DNA of 64,000 nt from Candidatus Kapaibacteriota bacterium (GTDB taxonomy: Bacteria > Bacteroidota > Ignavibacteria > Kapaibacteriales > UBA961), in assembly GCA_049426725.1 (NCBI GenBank), contig JBMSYN010000001.1, positions 32,003 to 96,002 of the forward strand. The letters run 5' to 3'. The translations under genes and the position numbers were made by a program. Of this stretch, positions 1 through 10,199 are shown piece by piece. The notes under the pieces are model-generated. The model saw only the letters and a program-made list of their open reading frames with translations. It searched no databases and was not told the DNA's origin. Numbering within the stretch: the stretch's first letter is position 1; each line of letters opens with the position of its first letter.

Positions 1-616
1 TAATGGCTTCATCACACATGATTGGAAGATAAGCTCCTCCTGCCACACATGGCCCCATAATGGCAGCGATTTGAGGGATTCCCAATGCACTCATCACCGC
101 ATTATTTCGAAACTGTCGACCAAAATGCTCTTTATCAGGAAAAATTTGATCTTGCATTGGTAAAAAAACACCCGCACTATCCACCAAATAGATGATGGGA
201 AGATGATTTTCAATCGCAATTTCCTGAGCCCGCATATTCTTTTTTGCGGTCATTGGAAACCAAGCTCCTGCTTTTACAGTAGCATCATTAGCTACGATCA
301 TACATTCCCTGCCTTGAACGATTGCGATACCGGCAATCACACCTGCGGATGGACAACCACCTTGCTCTTCATACATACCATAAGCGGCAAATGTGCCAAT
401 CTCTTCAAAACAAGTGTTAGGATCTATCAGAAGATGAATTCTCTCGCGAGCGGTAAGCTTTTGTTTCGACTTATGCCTTTGAATTGCTTTTTCCCCACCA
501 CCCATGTGTACCGTTGAAGTAAGAGAAGCAAGTTGATCGAGCAAAGATCGGTGAAAAGCTGTATTTGCAACAGTTTGCGATGATTGCAACAGAGGGCTAC
601 CGATCAAAGTTGACAT
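1..616 (-). CDS. Acyl-CoA carboxylase carboxyltransferase (beta) subunit, propionyl-/methylcrotonyl-CoA carboxylase beta-like. The 5' part of the gene is in the window; the 3' end runs off the window start.
   Basis: The reverse-strand translation from ATG (rc of CAT at 614-616) reads MSTLIGSPLL...GGGEKAIQRHKSKQKLTARERI...IVANDATVKAGAWFP...IYLVDSAGVFLP. These are typical carboxyltransferase motifs. The ORF is open to the window edge. Confidence 0.8.
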   Translation of the reverse strand, partial: MSTLIGSPLLQSSQTVANTAFHRSLLDQLASLTSTVHMGGGEKAIQRHKSKQKLTARERIHLLIDPNTCFEEIGTFAAYGMYEEQGGCPSAGVIAGIAIVQGRECMIVANDATVKAGAWFPMTAKKNMRAQEIAIENHLPIIYLVDSAGVFLPMQDQIFPDKEHFGRQFRNNAVMSALGIPQIAAIMGPCVAGGAYLPIMCDEAI

Positions 617-695
617 AAATTTATAGTTAAAAATGGAATGGCTTAATGATGCGTATTTCAGGTTACAAATTACAGAAATGTCACTACAAGTTCAA

Positions 696-735
696 TAAAA
701 AAAGCTCCACAATGACGGAATTCATTATGGAGCTT
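696..735 (-). terminator. Rho-independent terminator downstream of the 753-4007 gene
   Basis: On the minus strand, a stem AAGCTCCA / TGGAGCTT with an ~18-nt loop is followed by a T run (A7 on the plus strand at 696-702). Confidence 0.5.
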
Positions 736-752
736 GAATTGGATTGGAAAGT

Positions 753-3700
753 TTATTGTATAAGCAAAGGAAGCGTTACGGGTAGCTGTTTTTGGACAAG
801 GATCTGAACCCAGTATCTCCCTTTGGGGATATCCGTAAGCTGAATCTCGAAACTGTTGATACCATTGAGCTGTAATATGCCGCTTTTCACTTTGCTTCCT
901 TTTACATCAATAATTGAAAATTGTAGAATATCTTCAGTATTATTTTTGGGGACTGAGACATATACACTTTGACTTGCCGGATTTGGAAATAAAGAATATT
1001 GATACTGACCATCTAAATCGGTAATTGATGTTATTGTCATGGCATCAGAATTTGTTGAGCAACCTTGTTCTGAAAATACCCTCACAGAATAATTTCTATT
1101 ATCCGCAAATCTGGGTAGAACATAAAACCGACCTTTTGCATTTGGTATGTCTTTATCAGCCAACATCCATTGATAAGCATAAGCAGAACTTGCAAAGAGC
1201 GTGTCATTGCTTTTTGTTATTGTGGGTTTGATTGGATTGCTTCCTTGCAAAATGGTAACGGTATCAGAATCGATGCAACCAAGTTTATTGATTGTTGCCA
1301 CTGTTATAATTCCGGGGGTATTTACCGTAATGGTTCTTGTTGTATCACCTGTTGACCAAATATATTTATCAAAATTGGAGCCAGCATCTAAAGTCAGAGG
1401 AGTATTGTCACAAATCGTGAAAATGGTACGATTAGATATGATATTTGGAATTCTTCTTTGATTTACTGTGACTGCGATAGGACCAAATCCTGATGGACAA
1501 CCATTTGCATCATACACGGTCAGACTATAATTACCAGCATCCTTGACAGTGATTGATTTTGTCGTTGCTCCATTGCTCCACATATACGTTGCAAATCCAT
1601 CCTGAGCTGTAAATGTAACGCTATCTCCGGAACAGAAAGTGAGATTACCTTGGACCTGTACGGAACAAGTTAATTCAGGACAATTGACCATATCAGCTTC
1701 CCAGGTGCCTCTACCATAGGATGATACTCGTAATTTCTTGGTTGATTTATGAATCTCTATATCAGATATAACAGTATTCGGCAAACCATCATTATAGGGA
1801 ATCCATACTTTTGTACTATTGTCTCTATAATACACTCCCAAATCAGTTCCGGCATATAAGCGATCGGGAGAATTTGGTTGATATCGTAGACAATTCACTG
1901 GAATTGGTGGCATACCCCCCGATAGGTCTGTCCAAGTGGAGTTTGTACCGGCATTATTTGTTTGAAATACTTTTCTGCTTCCAAATCCTGAAATGGAAAT
2001 CCAAAATATACTATCATTTGAAGGGTGAAATTCAAATGAAGTGATTATGGAGGAAGCTATGCCATTGGGAAATTGAATTTGCCTCCATGTTTGCCCTTCA
2101 TCATAAGTGATGTATGAGGCATTGAAATTTGATGCAATCAATGTTCCGGGCCTGGATGGTGCATGCGCCAACAGCATGATGCGTGATTGTTTATTTGGAA
2201 AATTGGAGGTTTTATTCCAAAATCCTAGTGAATCTGTTTTCCATACATCTCGATATCCTGCATAAACTAAAGATGCTGCTCCCGGTTTTGCATTTGGAGC
2301 AAATTCTATAGGAGTAACCCATTCACCCTCTTCTGATGTAATAGCAGAATTTATACTTGAACTGAAGGATGAACCACCATTTGTAGAACGACCAAAGTTT
2401 CCATTTTGAGATGATACAAACATATACTTGTCATTCACTGGATCAATTGCATTATCCATGCCATCACCACCCCATACTTGCTTCCATTCATTAGGTCCTG
2501 AACGATAACTTGTTCCATTGTCTTGAGCACCACCAATAACAACATCTGGCCTCTGCTGAGAAATGCTCATTCTGTAGAACTGAGTGATCTCCAAACCATC
2601 ACTCAAATCTGTCCAAGCCAAACCTCTATTGGTAGTCAATGACACTCCACCATCAGTTCCTGTAATTATTGTGGTGGAATTTATAAAATCCAAATCGTGA
2701 ACATCAGCATGAACATATGGTCGGCCTTGATTTGGAACCCAATAGGTATTAATGGACCAATTGCTTCCGCCATTGGTTGAGCGCCAAATATTGATTCCAC
2801 CTATAAAAATGAGATCTGGATTGTCAGGAGAGACCGCAATACAAAGATCATACCATCCTTGTTGATTTTCAGTATCTGTGCCTTGTAAATTTCGACCAAT
2901 TATATTTGGTGTAGTAGCGCCTATATCCCAATTTTCTCCACCATCATAAGACCTATAAAATCCACCAAAATCCCAAGATCCTCTTTTTGCTGTGAGTGCA
3001 AATATCGCTTCCGGTTCAGCAGGGGTAACAGCAATTGCGATTCTTCCAATAGTAGTTGGAATATTGGATTTTAACTCAGTCCACTTATCTCCTGCATCTC
3101 TAGAAATATAAATCTTCGATCCACTGGTTGCATAATATACAGATGGATCATCAGGTTTCATTTCCATGTCTTTGACATCACCAACAAAACGCGTGTTAAA
3201 AGTAACACCTCCATCGGTGGATCTATGAATTCCATTATTCCCTCCCACGAGGATGATGGATGTATTTGTTGGATGAACAAGTACTCTTGATAATGCTCTT
3301 GTGTCTTTTTGTTGATAGTTGAGTCCGGTTTGTGTCCATGTCAATCCACCATCAACACTTTTGATTAACCCTATACTAAATGGAGCGGCACCATAATATG
3401 TGTCAGCACCAAAAGCATCCCCTGTTGCCAGATAAACAATATTTGGATTCTTGGGATCGGTTGTAATGTCAGTTACTCCCAATGTTCCCAATTTATCAGT
3501 GGTGGTTTGCCATGTTTTACCACCATTTGTAGATTTCCAAGCACCACCTCCTGCTGCTGCTGCCCAAATGATATTCTGTTGTCCAGCAGGAATATGTATG
3601 CCATTTACTCTACCTGCACCACCACCAATAGGGATATTTGTCGGACCAAGAATTTTCCAATTTGGTTTCAAAGACAGCGCCTGCTCAGTTTTTGATTTTT

Positions 3701-4007
3701 GCGATCTTCGAAGTTCTTTTTGATAAATATCTTGAAGTATCATTGGCTGAGGAAACTCTCCGTCTGGCAAAACTCTTTGCTTCCAAAACCATTCCCATCT
3801 CTTGAAATGATAGAACATTCCTTCTTTATTTGATTCATCTTTTGATGATTGCATGAAGTCGGTTTTCTCTGAATATTCTTTATAGAATGCTTTTTGGATG
3901 TCAAAGAAATTTGGTGACTCCTTTCCGTCAAAACGAAACTTGGGATCTTTTTCAGCAATTAACGGGATTGCGAAAAAAAGAACAATCAAACTGAGGAATA
4001 TCTTCAT
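753..4007 (-). CDS. Secreted 1084-aa protein. It has an N-terminal domain, a BNR/Asp-box repeat beta-propeller region (Ycf48-/sortilin-/GH74-like), three Ig-like repeats and a T9SS type-A C-terminal sorting domain.
   Basis: There is a signal peptide (MKIFLSLIVLFFAIPLIAEK). There are more than 10 S/T-x-D/N-G-G-x-T/S-W-like motifs (WKSTNGGKTW, KSVDGGLTW, HRSTDGGVTF, WRSTNGGSNW...). The Ig-like repeats have the form C-x-GDSVT-x-TA-x-GF-x-Y-x-WSNG-x-TT-x-ITV. The C-terminal tail LFPNPASQSVYVSV...IIDVKGSKV...IPKGRYWVQI matches the T9SS C-terminal-domain pattern. Confidence 0.7.
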   Translation of the reverse strand: MKIFLSLIVLFFAIPLIAEKDPKFRFDGKESPNFFDIQKAFYKEYSEKTDFMQSSKDESNKEGMFYHFKRWEWFWKQRVLPDGEFPQPMILQDIYQKELRRSQKSKTEQALSLKPNWKILGPTNIPIGGGAGRVNGIHIPAGQQNIIWAAAAGGGAWKSTNGGKTWQTTTDKLGTLGVTDITTDPKNPNIVYLATGDAFGADTYYGAAPFSIGLIKSVDGGLTWTQTGLNYQQKDTRALSRVLVHPTNTSIILVGGNNGIHRSTDGGVTFNTRFVGDVKDMEMKPDDPSVYYATSGSKIYISRDAGDKWTELKSNIPTTIGRIAIAVTPAEPEAIFALTAKRGSWDFGGFYRSYDGGENWDIGATTPNIIGRNLQGTDTENQQGWYDLCIAVSPDNPDLIFIGGINIWRSTNGGSNWSINTYWVPNQGRPYVHADVHDLDFINSTTIITGTDGGVSLTTNRGLAWTDLSDGLEITQFYRMSISQQRPDVVIGGAQDNGTSYRSGPNEWKQVWGGDGMDNAIDPVNDKYMFVSSQNGNFGRSTNGGSSFSSSINSAITSEEGEWVTPIEFAPNAKPGAASLVYAGYRDVWKTDSLGFWNKTSNFPNKQSRIMLLAHAPSRPGTLIASNFNASYITYDEGQTWRQIQFPNGIASSIITSFEFHPSNDSIFWISISGFGSRKVFQTNNAGTNSTWTDLSGGMPPIPVNCLRYQPNSPDRLYAGTDLGVYYRDNSTKVWIPYNDGLPNTVISDIEIHKSTKKLRVSSYGRGTWEADMVNCPELTCSVQVQGNLTFCSGDSVTFTAQDGFATYMWSNGATTKSITVKDAGNYSLTVYDANGCPSGFGPIAVTVNQRRIPNIISNRTIFTICDNTPLTLDAGSNFDKYIWSTGDTTRTITVNTPGIITVATINKLGCIDSDTVTILQGSNPIKPTITKSNDTLFASSAYAYQWMLADKDIPNAKGRFYVLPRFADNRNYSVRVFSEQGCSTNSDAMTITSITDLDGQYQYSLFPNPASQSVYVSVPKNNTEDILQFSIIDVKGSKVKSGILQLNGINSFEIQLTDIPKGRYWVQILVQKQLPVTLPLLIQ

Positions 4008-4018
4008 GTATGTTGATT

Positions 4019-7000
4019 TTATTGTTTTACAAATGTAGCTGTCATTGTTCTCATACTCTGTTCTATGCGAAGAGTGTATGTTCCTGTAGGTAGATGACCT
4101 ATGCGAATTTTATCTGAAATCAATCCAGTATGACAATCTAATTTGAACGAATAAAGTACAACTCCTTTCAAATCTATGATAGATATATCAGCAGATTGAC
4201 TTATTGAAGGAAAATCAAAGAATAAATACTGTTGAACAGGATTGGGATAGACTCTAAAAACACTAGCATAATCTTCATCAGCTGATAAGGGCGAATACAA
4301 AAATTCTTCAGACAATGTGCTGCAATTATTTGATAGAGAAACCTTAACAGTTATCTTCTTTCCATAACTTGTCTCACCAGGTGTATATGTTCTTTGCTTT
4401 GCATTCAATTTTGCAATACCATTTTCATACCATTGATATGAATCCCCAATAGTAGAGCATTCCAAAGTATTTTCTCGTCTAGTGATAATAGGTTTATCTG
4501 GACTTATATTTTTCTTAATATCGCTAGATGATGCTGTTGCAGTACAACCATTAGTTGAAAAAACTGTGACTTTGTATACACCACCATCCTTTACTGTTAT
4601 TCGTCTGGTAGTGTCCCCAGTCGACCATTTATAAGTCGAGTGAATTCCAGCATCGAGAATGATACTGTCTCCATCACATAGAGTATTTTTTGAAGATACA
4701 ATAGTGACTTTAGGTGCAGGGTTTACTGTGACTGTGATGGAATTTGTTAAGCCTGTACATCCTTCTTGATCAGTCACAGTAGCTGAATATGTTCCCGATT
4801 GTTTTGCAAAAATTGTCTTTGTTGTTTGACCGGTAGACCAACGATACCCGGCATACGATTCTTTTATGGTCAACTCAACACTATCACCTTCGCAAAAAGT
4901 CAAAGATCCATTAGAAACAGCGGTTGCACTAATGCCGGAACAACCTACTAAATTCCCTTTCCACAAACCTCTACCATAAGTACCGGCTATGAGTAACTTT
5001 GCAGGATAATTAATTTGTAAATCTCTAACTATTGTATTTGGAAATCCAACACTATAGTCAATCCAAGAATTTGTTGTGGAATCTCTGTAATAAATACCAA
5101 TATCAGTACCAACATAAATTCTTTCAGGGGATCCCTTTTCATGAATCACTACATTGGTAGGAATCTTTGGAAGATTATCAGAAATATCAATCCAATTTGT
5201 ACCACCATTGGTGGTTTTAAAAACTCTAGAACTACCAAAATCACCAATTGTAACCCATGCCTTTGTTTCATCATCATGACTAAAAGCCCAAGATGTAATT
5301 GATGATGCGGACAAGGGTGCCGGCACTGTCTTAATAGACCAAGTTTCACCGGCATCTTTTGATTCATAAATAACCTGATCATTCATTGCAATGATCAACT
5401 TTGGATTTGCAGGTGAAACAGAAATAATTTTAATCGTTGATGCTGTATTCGGCAAATCAGATACTTTTTGCCATGATCCTGGGGCACCTGTATTTGTTGA
5501 CTTCCATATATTTCTAAAACCTGCATACATGACCGCTGGGGTCATCGGATCAAATACATAAGGAGTTACCCATCTTCCATTTTCTTTAGCTATATCAGGA
5601 TTCAAAGTTGCTTCGAAACTCTTTGCCCCATTTATAGACCTATTTATGTATCCATTTTGAATGGCGCCAAAAACTATTTGTGGATTCGAAGGATGGATCA
5701 AGCATTTCATTCCATCACCACCCAAGACTTGCGTCCAAGTATTTGAAGAAAAACGTGTTGTCCCATTATCCTGAGCCCCTCCAACATAAGAAGGAGCTAA
5801 ATTTTGTGCTGTTCCAACATGGTAGTATTGTGTAATAGCTAAACCACTGCTATTGTCAGTCCAGTTTAATCCATTGTCAGATGATGTAGATACACCACCA
5901 TCAGAGCCTGCAATAATTATCTTGTCAGAATTAGGGAAATACTCCAAGTCATGAACATCAGCATGAACATAAGGTGTACCCCTATCGCCATACCAATGAG
6001 CACTGATAGTCCAAGAAGTCCCACCATCTGTTGAACGCCATATGTTGACACCACCTATAACAATATGATTTGGTTGTTTATATGAACATGCAATAGTCAA
6101 ATCATACCATCCCTGACCACCGGTACCTGAACCATCCACTGAATGAGATAATATATTTGGTGCCGTTGATCTAGAAACCCATGTTTTTCCACCATCAACA
6201 GATCTATAGAGACCACCGAATCCACTTTGTTTTGCATTATCTGAACATAATGCATACATATAATCCGGATTTGCCGGACTTATTGCCAAGGAAATTCTAC
6301 CAATTGTTGATGGGATGGAGGTAGTCAATTTTGTCCAAGTATTACCCGCATCTGTGCTTCTATATATATCTCTTCCTACACATCCTATCATTATATCTGA
6401 GCCAGGGCGAATTTCGAGATCGCGAAAATTATATGTGGGTGTTTTCTTTTCCCATTTTACACCTGCATTGGTAGTAATGTACAAACCCTGACTTGTGGCT
6501 GCATACAGTTTACCAGCTTGAGTTGGATGTGCTAATAAACGGTAAATCTGTTGTCTAGATGAAGTCTGAAAAGATAATTCTGTAGGATTCCAAGTTTTAC
6601 CAGCATCTGTTGATTTCAAAATACCTGTTGAATATGTACATCCAGCATCATCATCTCCTGTTGCCAAATACACGATATTTGGATTATCCCAAGGCATTGC
6701 AATATCAGAAACGCCCATGGAGAATAAATCATCACAGGTTGTGTTCCAAGTATCTCCAAAATCTGTACTCTTCCAAGCACCACCGGCAGCACTTCCAACC
6801 CAAATGAGATTCGTTAGATTCGGGTGAACGGTAATACAGTTTATTCTGCCATTTCCCCCACCATTTGGTGTCTGTATTGGACCAACAAGAGACCATTTAG
6901 GATCAGATGCAAAGAGTTGTTCATATTTTTTTTGTTTTAATCTTTGCTGTTGCTTTTGATTGATTGCATTGATGATCAATTCACTACTTGGGAATGTGCC

Positions 7001-7267
7001 ATCTGGCATGAGTCTGTTAGCCCAAAAGTTCTCCCACCTTTTGAAGTGGGTAAGATTTTTATCTGTTTGTTCAATACGAAGATATTCGGATTCTTTCGAT
7101 CCATAAATATGCTCTGCATACTTAGGATTCTGTTTGTAGAAATGATCGCGCATCACTGAATATTTTGAATCAGTGATACCAATTATTTGTTCTATTTGCC
7201 CAAAGACCGCAATTTTTGTGCTTACAAACAAAATGAACAAACAAAGTATGTAACGTATGGTTTTCAT
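4019..7267 (-). CDS. Paralog of the 753-4007 gene with the same propeller + Ig-like + T9SS C-terminal domain architecture (about 1080 aa)
   Basis: The ORF track gives 4019-7303. The preferred start is MKTIRYILCLFILFVS at 7267, which has a signal peptide. By eye it is about 45% identical to the upstream paralog in the N-terminal 250 aa (FKRWE-FW...PDG-FP, AAGGAWKSTD, NPNIVYLATGD). The C-terminus VYPNPVQQYLFF...IIDLKGVVL...LPTGTYTLRI is a T9SS C-terminal domain. Only an 11-bp gap separates it from the next gene. Confidence 0.7.
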   Translation of the reverse strand: MKTIRYILCLFILFVSTKIAVFGQIEQIIGITDSKYSVMRDHFYKQNPKYAEHIYGSKESEYLRIEQTDKNLTHFKRWENFWANRLMPDGTFPSSELIINAINQKQQQRLKQKKYEQLFASDPKWSLVGPIQTPNGGGNGRINCITVHPNLTNLIWVGSAAGGAWKSTDFGDTWNTTCDDLFSMGVSDIAMPWDNPNIVYLATGDDDAGCTYSTGILKSTDAGKTWNPTELSFQTSSRQQIYRLLAHPTQAGKLYAATSQGLYITTNAGVKWEKKTPTYNFRDLEIRPGSDIMIGCVGRDIYRSTDAGNTWTKLTTSIPSTIGRISLAISPANPDYMYALCSDNAKQSGFGGLYRSVDGGKTWVSRSTAPNILSHSVDGSGTGGQGWYDLTIACSYKQPNHIVIGGVNIWRSTDGGTSWTISAHWYGDRGTPYVHADVHDLEYFPNSDKIIIAGSDGGVSTSSDNGLNWTDNSSGLAITQYYHVGTAQNLAPSYVGGAQDNGTTRFSSNTWTQVLGGDGMKCLIHPSNPQIVFGAIQNGYINRSINGAKSFEATLNPDIAKENGRWVTPYVFDPMTPAVMYAGFRNIWKSTNTGAPGSWQKVSDLPNTASTIKIISVSPANPKLIIAMNDQVIYESKDAGETWSIKTVPAPLSASSITSWAFSHDDETKAWVTIGDFGSSRVFKTTNGGTNWIDISDNLPKIPTNVVIHEKGSPERIYVGTDIGIYYRDSTTNSWIDYSVGFPNTIVRDLQINYPAKLLIAGTYGRGLWKGNLVGCSGISATAVSNGSLTFCEGDSVELTIKESYAGYRWSTGQTTKTIFAKQSGTYSATVTDQEGCTGLTNSITVTVNPAPKVTIVSSKNTLCDGDSIILDAGIHSTYKWSTGDTTRRITVKDGGVYKVTVFSTNGCTATASSSDIKKNISPDKPIITRRENTLECSTIGDSYQWYENGIAKLNAKQRTYTPGETSYGKKITVKVSLSNNCSTLSEEFLYSPLSADEDYASVFRVYPNPVQQYLFFDFPSISQSADISIIDLKGVVLYSFKLDCHTGLISDKIRIGHLPTGTYTLRIEQSMRTMTATFVKQ

Positions 7268-7302
7268 GGTATTACCGCAATATGAAGACGATGAATCAAT
7301 CA

Positions 7303-9279
7303 TTAAATTCTAACTGGTAAAATTACTACCGGAATGCTTTCCAAATACAATCTTCTTTGAACGGCAAATACTGTATAATTATGTAGCCATTTGGAAAAGA
7401 TTGATTCTTCAGGAAAGACTACTTGTCCTCCGAATACAACTGTATGAGGATATCTTTCAACTATTTGTTTTGACAAATCAGCAACAACGGAAACTACATC
7501 GGTACCAATTTCTGTGTATGACTCTGCAAAATATCCATTATTTCTCATGAAATTGACATACTTACTTGCTTCTGTATCGATATACAATTGAAGATTATCA
7601 ACTTCCTCTGAACCTTTGAAGTTGCCCGCATCCAAAACACCAACTTGAACGAATACAAAGTTCTTGAAGGTTCCCTCAAATGTCCGCATAACCGTAAACA
7701 ATGTATGTAAACCCAATCCTGAAAAACCGGACACAAGAAATACTGCAGTTTTTGCTTTTGGATCACATGCCGGATATTTCTCTTCTTCAGCAGGGAGTAA
7801 AAGGGTGTCATCAATTGCAGTCATTACGATTTCATCGAGTTTTTTTAGCTGTTGTGAAGTTTGATTATAATGTCTTCTAAAGGAAAGCACCAAAGCAACC
7901 AAACTACCTGTTAATAATATGGTTGCCCAACCACCCTCTGAAAACTTAATGATTACTACAGCTACAAGAATGAATGACGACATGACTAGGCCAAGTCCAT
8001 TTATGAAAATCTTCGATTTCCAATTTTGGAAAACATGTCTGACTTGTATCCAATGCTTCACCATTCCCAATTGTGACAATGTAAATGTGATAAACACATT
8101 TATCGAATAAAGAACGATAAGCAAGTGAACTGAACCACCTGTAGCCAATACCACAATCCCGGCTGCAATACCAACAAGTAATACTCCATTTTGAGAAACG
8201 AATCTGTCGCTCAACATCGCGAATCGTGTTGGGAACCATCTATCCAAAGCCATATTGGATAAAATTTGTGGTCCACCCAAAAAACCTGCCTGAGCAGCTA
8301 CAAATAACAATACCGCTTCACTTATGAGTACAATGAGCAGTATCGAAGTAGATAAACCTGCTCCCCAATCCATTGTTAATTTTTCAAACAATACGGCATT
8401 CAATGTTTTTCCGGGAGCGTCCTGAACATGCATTAGTGCATAAGAAAGCATAAGACCAACGGCTACAAATGCAAGTGAAAAAGCCATGTATTTCATTGTA
8501 GTTTTAGCTGTCTCAACTCTTGGTTCACGCAAAATTGGCATAGCATTACTTACAGCTTCAATCCCTGTATACGTGCCTGCACCCATGCTGTATGCACGTA
8601 AAATCAGCATGATTGCTCCCATATACCCCAATTCAGATGTTGCTCCATTCCATTGTTGAACTGTAGTACTCACAACGCTTGGGAACTCAAATGCATGAGA
8701 ACCAATGATGTAAATAATTGCAGCTACATGCGTGATAACAAAAATCATGAAGATCGGTAACAATACCGAAACAGATTCTTTGACTCCCCTCAGATTCAAA
8801 ATAATCATAATGGTCAGAGCAAGCATTGATAGAGGGATTTTCAGATAATGGATATCCTGTGAAAAAAAACTGAACAGTGCATCTATTCCACTTACAATTG
8901 AAATGGAAATTGTCAAGATATAATCGATGACCAAACTCGACCCTGCAACCATCCCTACTGTTGGTGACAACAATTTGCTTGCAACAAGATAACCTCCACC
9001 ACCCGATGGAAATAACTCAATGATTTGTGAATAACTTGCAGAAATGACAAAAATCGTTATTGCAGTGCCCAATGCAATAAAAATGGAGAGATAGGGATAT
9101 TTTCCCAAAGCATTGAATGCTTCTTCAGGACCATAACAAGATGAGGACAAACCATCTGCGCCAAGACCAACCCAAGCAAAGAAAGCGATGAGAGTCAATT
9201 TGTGGAAAATTGATCTATCGTCAATTGTCTTACGCTCTCCAATGATATACCGTTTTAATGAGTCGAACAACTTTGACAT
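7303..9279 (-). CDS. APC-superfamily transporter (amino-acid permease or KimA-like cation symporter) with a ~190-aa C-terminal cytoplasmic domain
   Basis: About 12 predicted TM helices. There is an APC-like N-terminal motif (AWVGLGADGLSSSCYGPEEAF). The hydrophilic C-terminal domain is of unknown function. Confidence 0.55.
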   Translation of the reverse strand: MSKLFDSLKRYIIGERKTIDDRSIFHKLTLIAFFAWVGLGADGLSSSCYGPEEAFNALGKYPYLSIFIALGTAITIFVISASYSQIIELFPSGGGGYLVASKLLSPTVGMVAGSSLVIDYILTISISIVSGIDALFSFFSQDIHYLKIPLSMLALTIMIILNLRGVKESVSVLLPIFMIFVITHVAAIIYIIGSHAFEFPSVVSTTVQQWNGATSELGYMGAIMLILRAYSMGAGTYTGIEAVSNAMPILREPRVETAKTTMKYMAFSLAFVAVGLMLSYALMHVQDAPGKTLNAVLFEKLTMDWGAGLSTSILLIVLISEAVLLFVAAQAGFLGGPQILSNMALDRWFPTRFAMLSDRFVSQNGVLLVGIAAGIVVLATGGSVHLLIVLYSINVFITFTLSQLGMVKHWIQVRHVFQNWKSKIFINGLGLVMSSFILVAVVIIKFSEGGWATILLTGSLVALVLSFRRHYNQTSQQLKKLDEIVMTAIDDTLLLPAEEEKYPACDPKAKTAVFLVSGFSGLGLHTLFTVMRTFEGTFKNFVFVQVGVLDAGNFKGSEEVDNLQLYIDTEASKYVNFMRNNGYFAESYTEIGTDVVSVVADLSKQIVERYPHTVVFGGQVVFPEESIFSKWLHNYTVFAVQRRLYLESIPVVILPVRI

Positions 9280-9285
9280 ACGTAA

Positions 9286-10149
9286 TTATTGGTTAGTGGT
9301 AAAAGATGATTCACCAAAATATGGTAATGCCTTTGCTATTTTCTTTAGTTTGAATCGTTCAATGGAGTGATGTTGAATGTGATCCATCGCTTCTTGAATG
9401 GAATCCGTAAAAAGTACTAAGTCCAAATCTGCAGTATCAATTGTTTCTTCTTTGGCCATGTGTTCAAGCAAACTGCTAAGTGGTTGATAATACTTGGTTC
9501 CCATCACTACAATTGGGAAATTCTTAATTTTCTTGGTCTGAATCAAAGTCAAAGCCTCAAATAACTCATCCATGGTACCAAATCCACCGGGTAGAACTAT
9601 AAAACCATAAGAATACTTAAACAGCAGAAACTTTCGAACGAAAAAATATTGAAATTTGGCAGTAGCATGAAGAAATGGATTGGGGTTTTGCTCATGTGGC
9701 AACAATATTTCAGCGCCAACAGATATACCGTCCTCATGGAAAGCCCCCTTATTTGCACCCTCCATAATACCAGGACCGCCGCCCGTCATAACTGCAAACC
9801 CTATATTTGTCAACGCCTTACCTAAATCTTCCGATAATTTGTAATAAGGATGATCAGATTTATAACGAGCTGATCCAAATACAGTTATACATGGTCCCAC
9901 GAAATGAAGTCTTCTAAATGCAGAGATGAACTCTCTCATGACTTTTAGGGTGAAGACGAACTCTCTCCAGCGAGATTTTGGACCTTCGAGATAGTAAAAC
10001 TCATCTGCGGATCCGGGTATGAGTATGCGTGATTTTTTATCTATGTCAGGATTCATGTTATACAGTTTAGGGTTATGACCAAATTTACGAAGATTCAGAC
10101 GAAAAAAACCCCATAAAGTCCATAATATTCCCACAATTGAAATACTCAT
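9286..10149 (-). CDS. LOG family protein (TIGR00730; cytokinin riboside 5'-monophosphate phosphoribohydrolase-like)
   Basis: Hallmark motifs GGGPGIMEGANKGA and PGGFGTMDELFEALTLIQT are present. The N-terminal 31 aa are hydrophobic; an alternative start at MNPDIDKK (~10056) is possible. Confidence 0.8.
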   Translation of the reverse strand: MSISIVGILWTLWGFFRLNLRKFGHNPKLYNMNPDIDKKSRILIPGSADEFYYLEGPKSRWREFVFTLKVMREFISAFRRLHFVGPCITVFGSARYKSDHPYYKLSEDLGKALTNIGFAVMTGGGPGIMEGANKGAFHEDGISVGAEILLPHEQNPNPFLHATAKFQYFFVRKFLLFKYSYGFIVLPGGFGTMDELFEALTLIQTKKIKNFPIVVMGTKYYQPLSSLLEHMAKEETIDTADLDLVLFTDSIQEAMDHIQHHSIERFKLKKIAKALPYFGESSFTTNQ

Positions 10150-10199
10150 GTCATTCCATTATTTTACTCATAAATATTTTAATCACCTTTTTTATCATC

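Noticed and set aside
1025-1461. Plus-strand ORFs (68-86 aa) antisense to the 753-4007 gene. Similar antisense ORFs occur at 3451-3723, 5149-5382, 6610-6807 and 6944-7159.
   Set aside because: They lie fully inside, and antisense to, long ORFs that have strong domain evidence. They have low-complexity hydrophobic translations and no start context. They are treated as chance ORFs.
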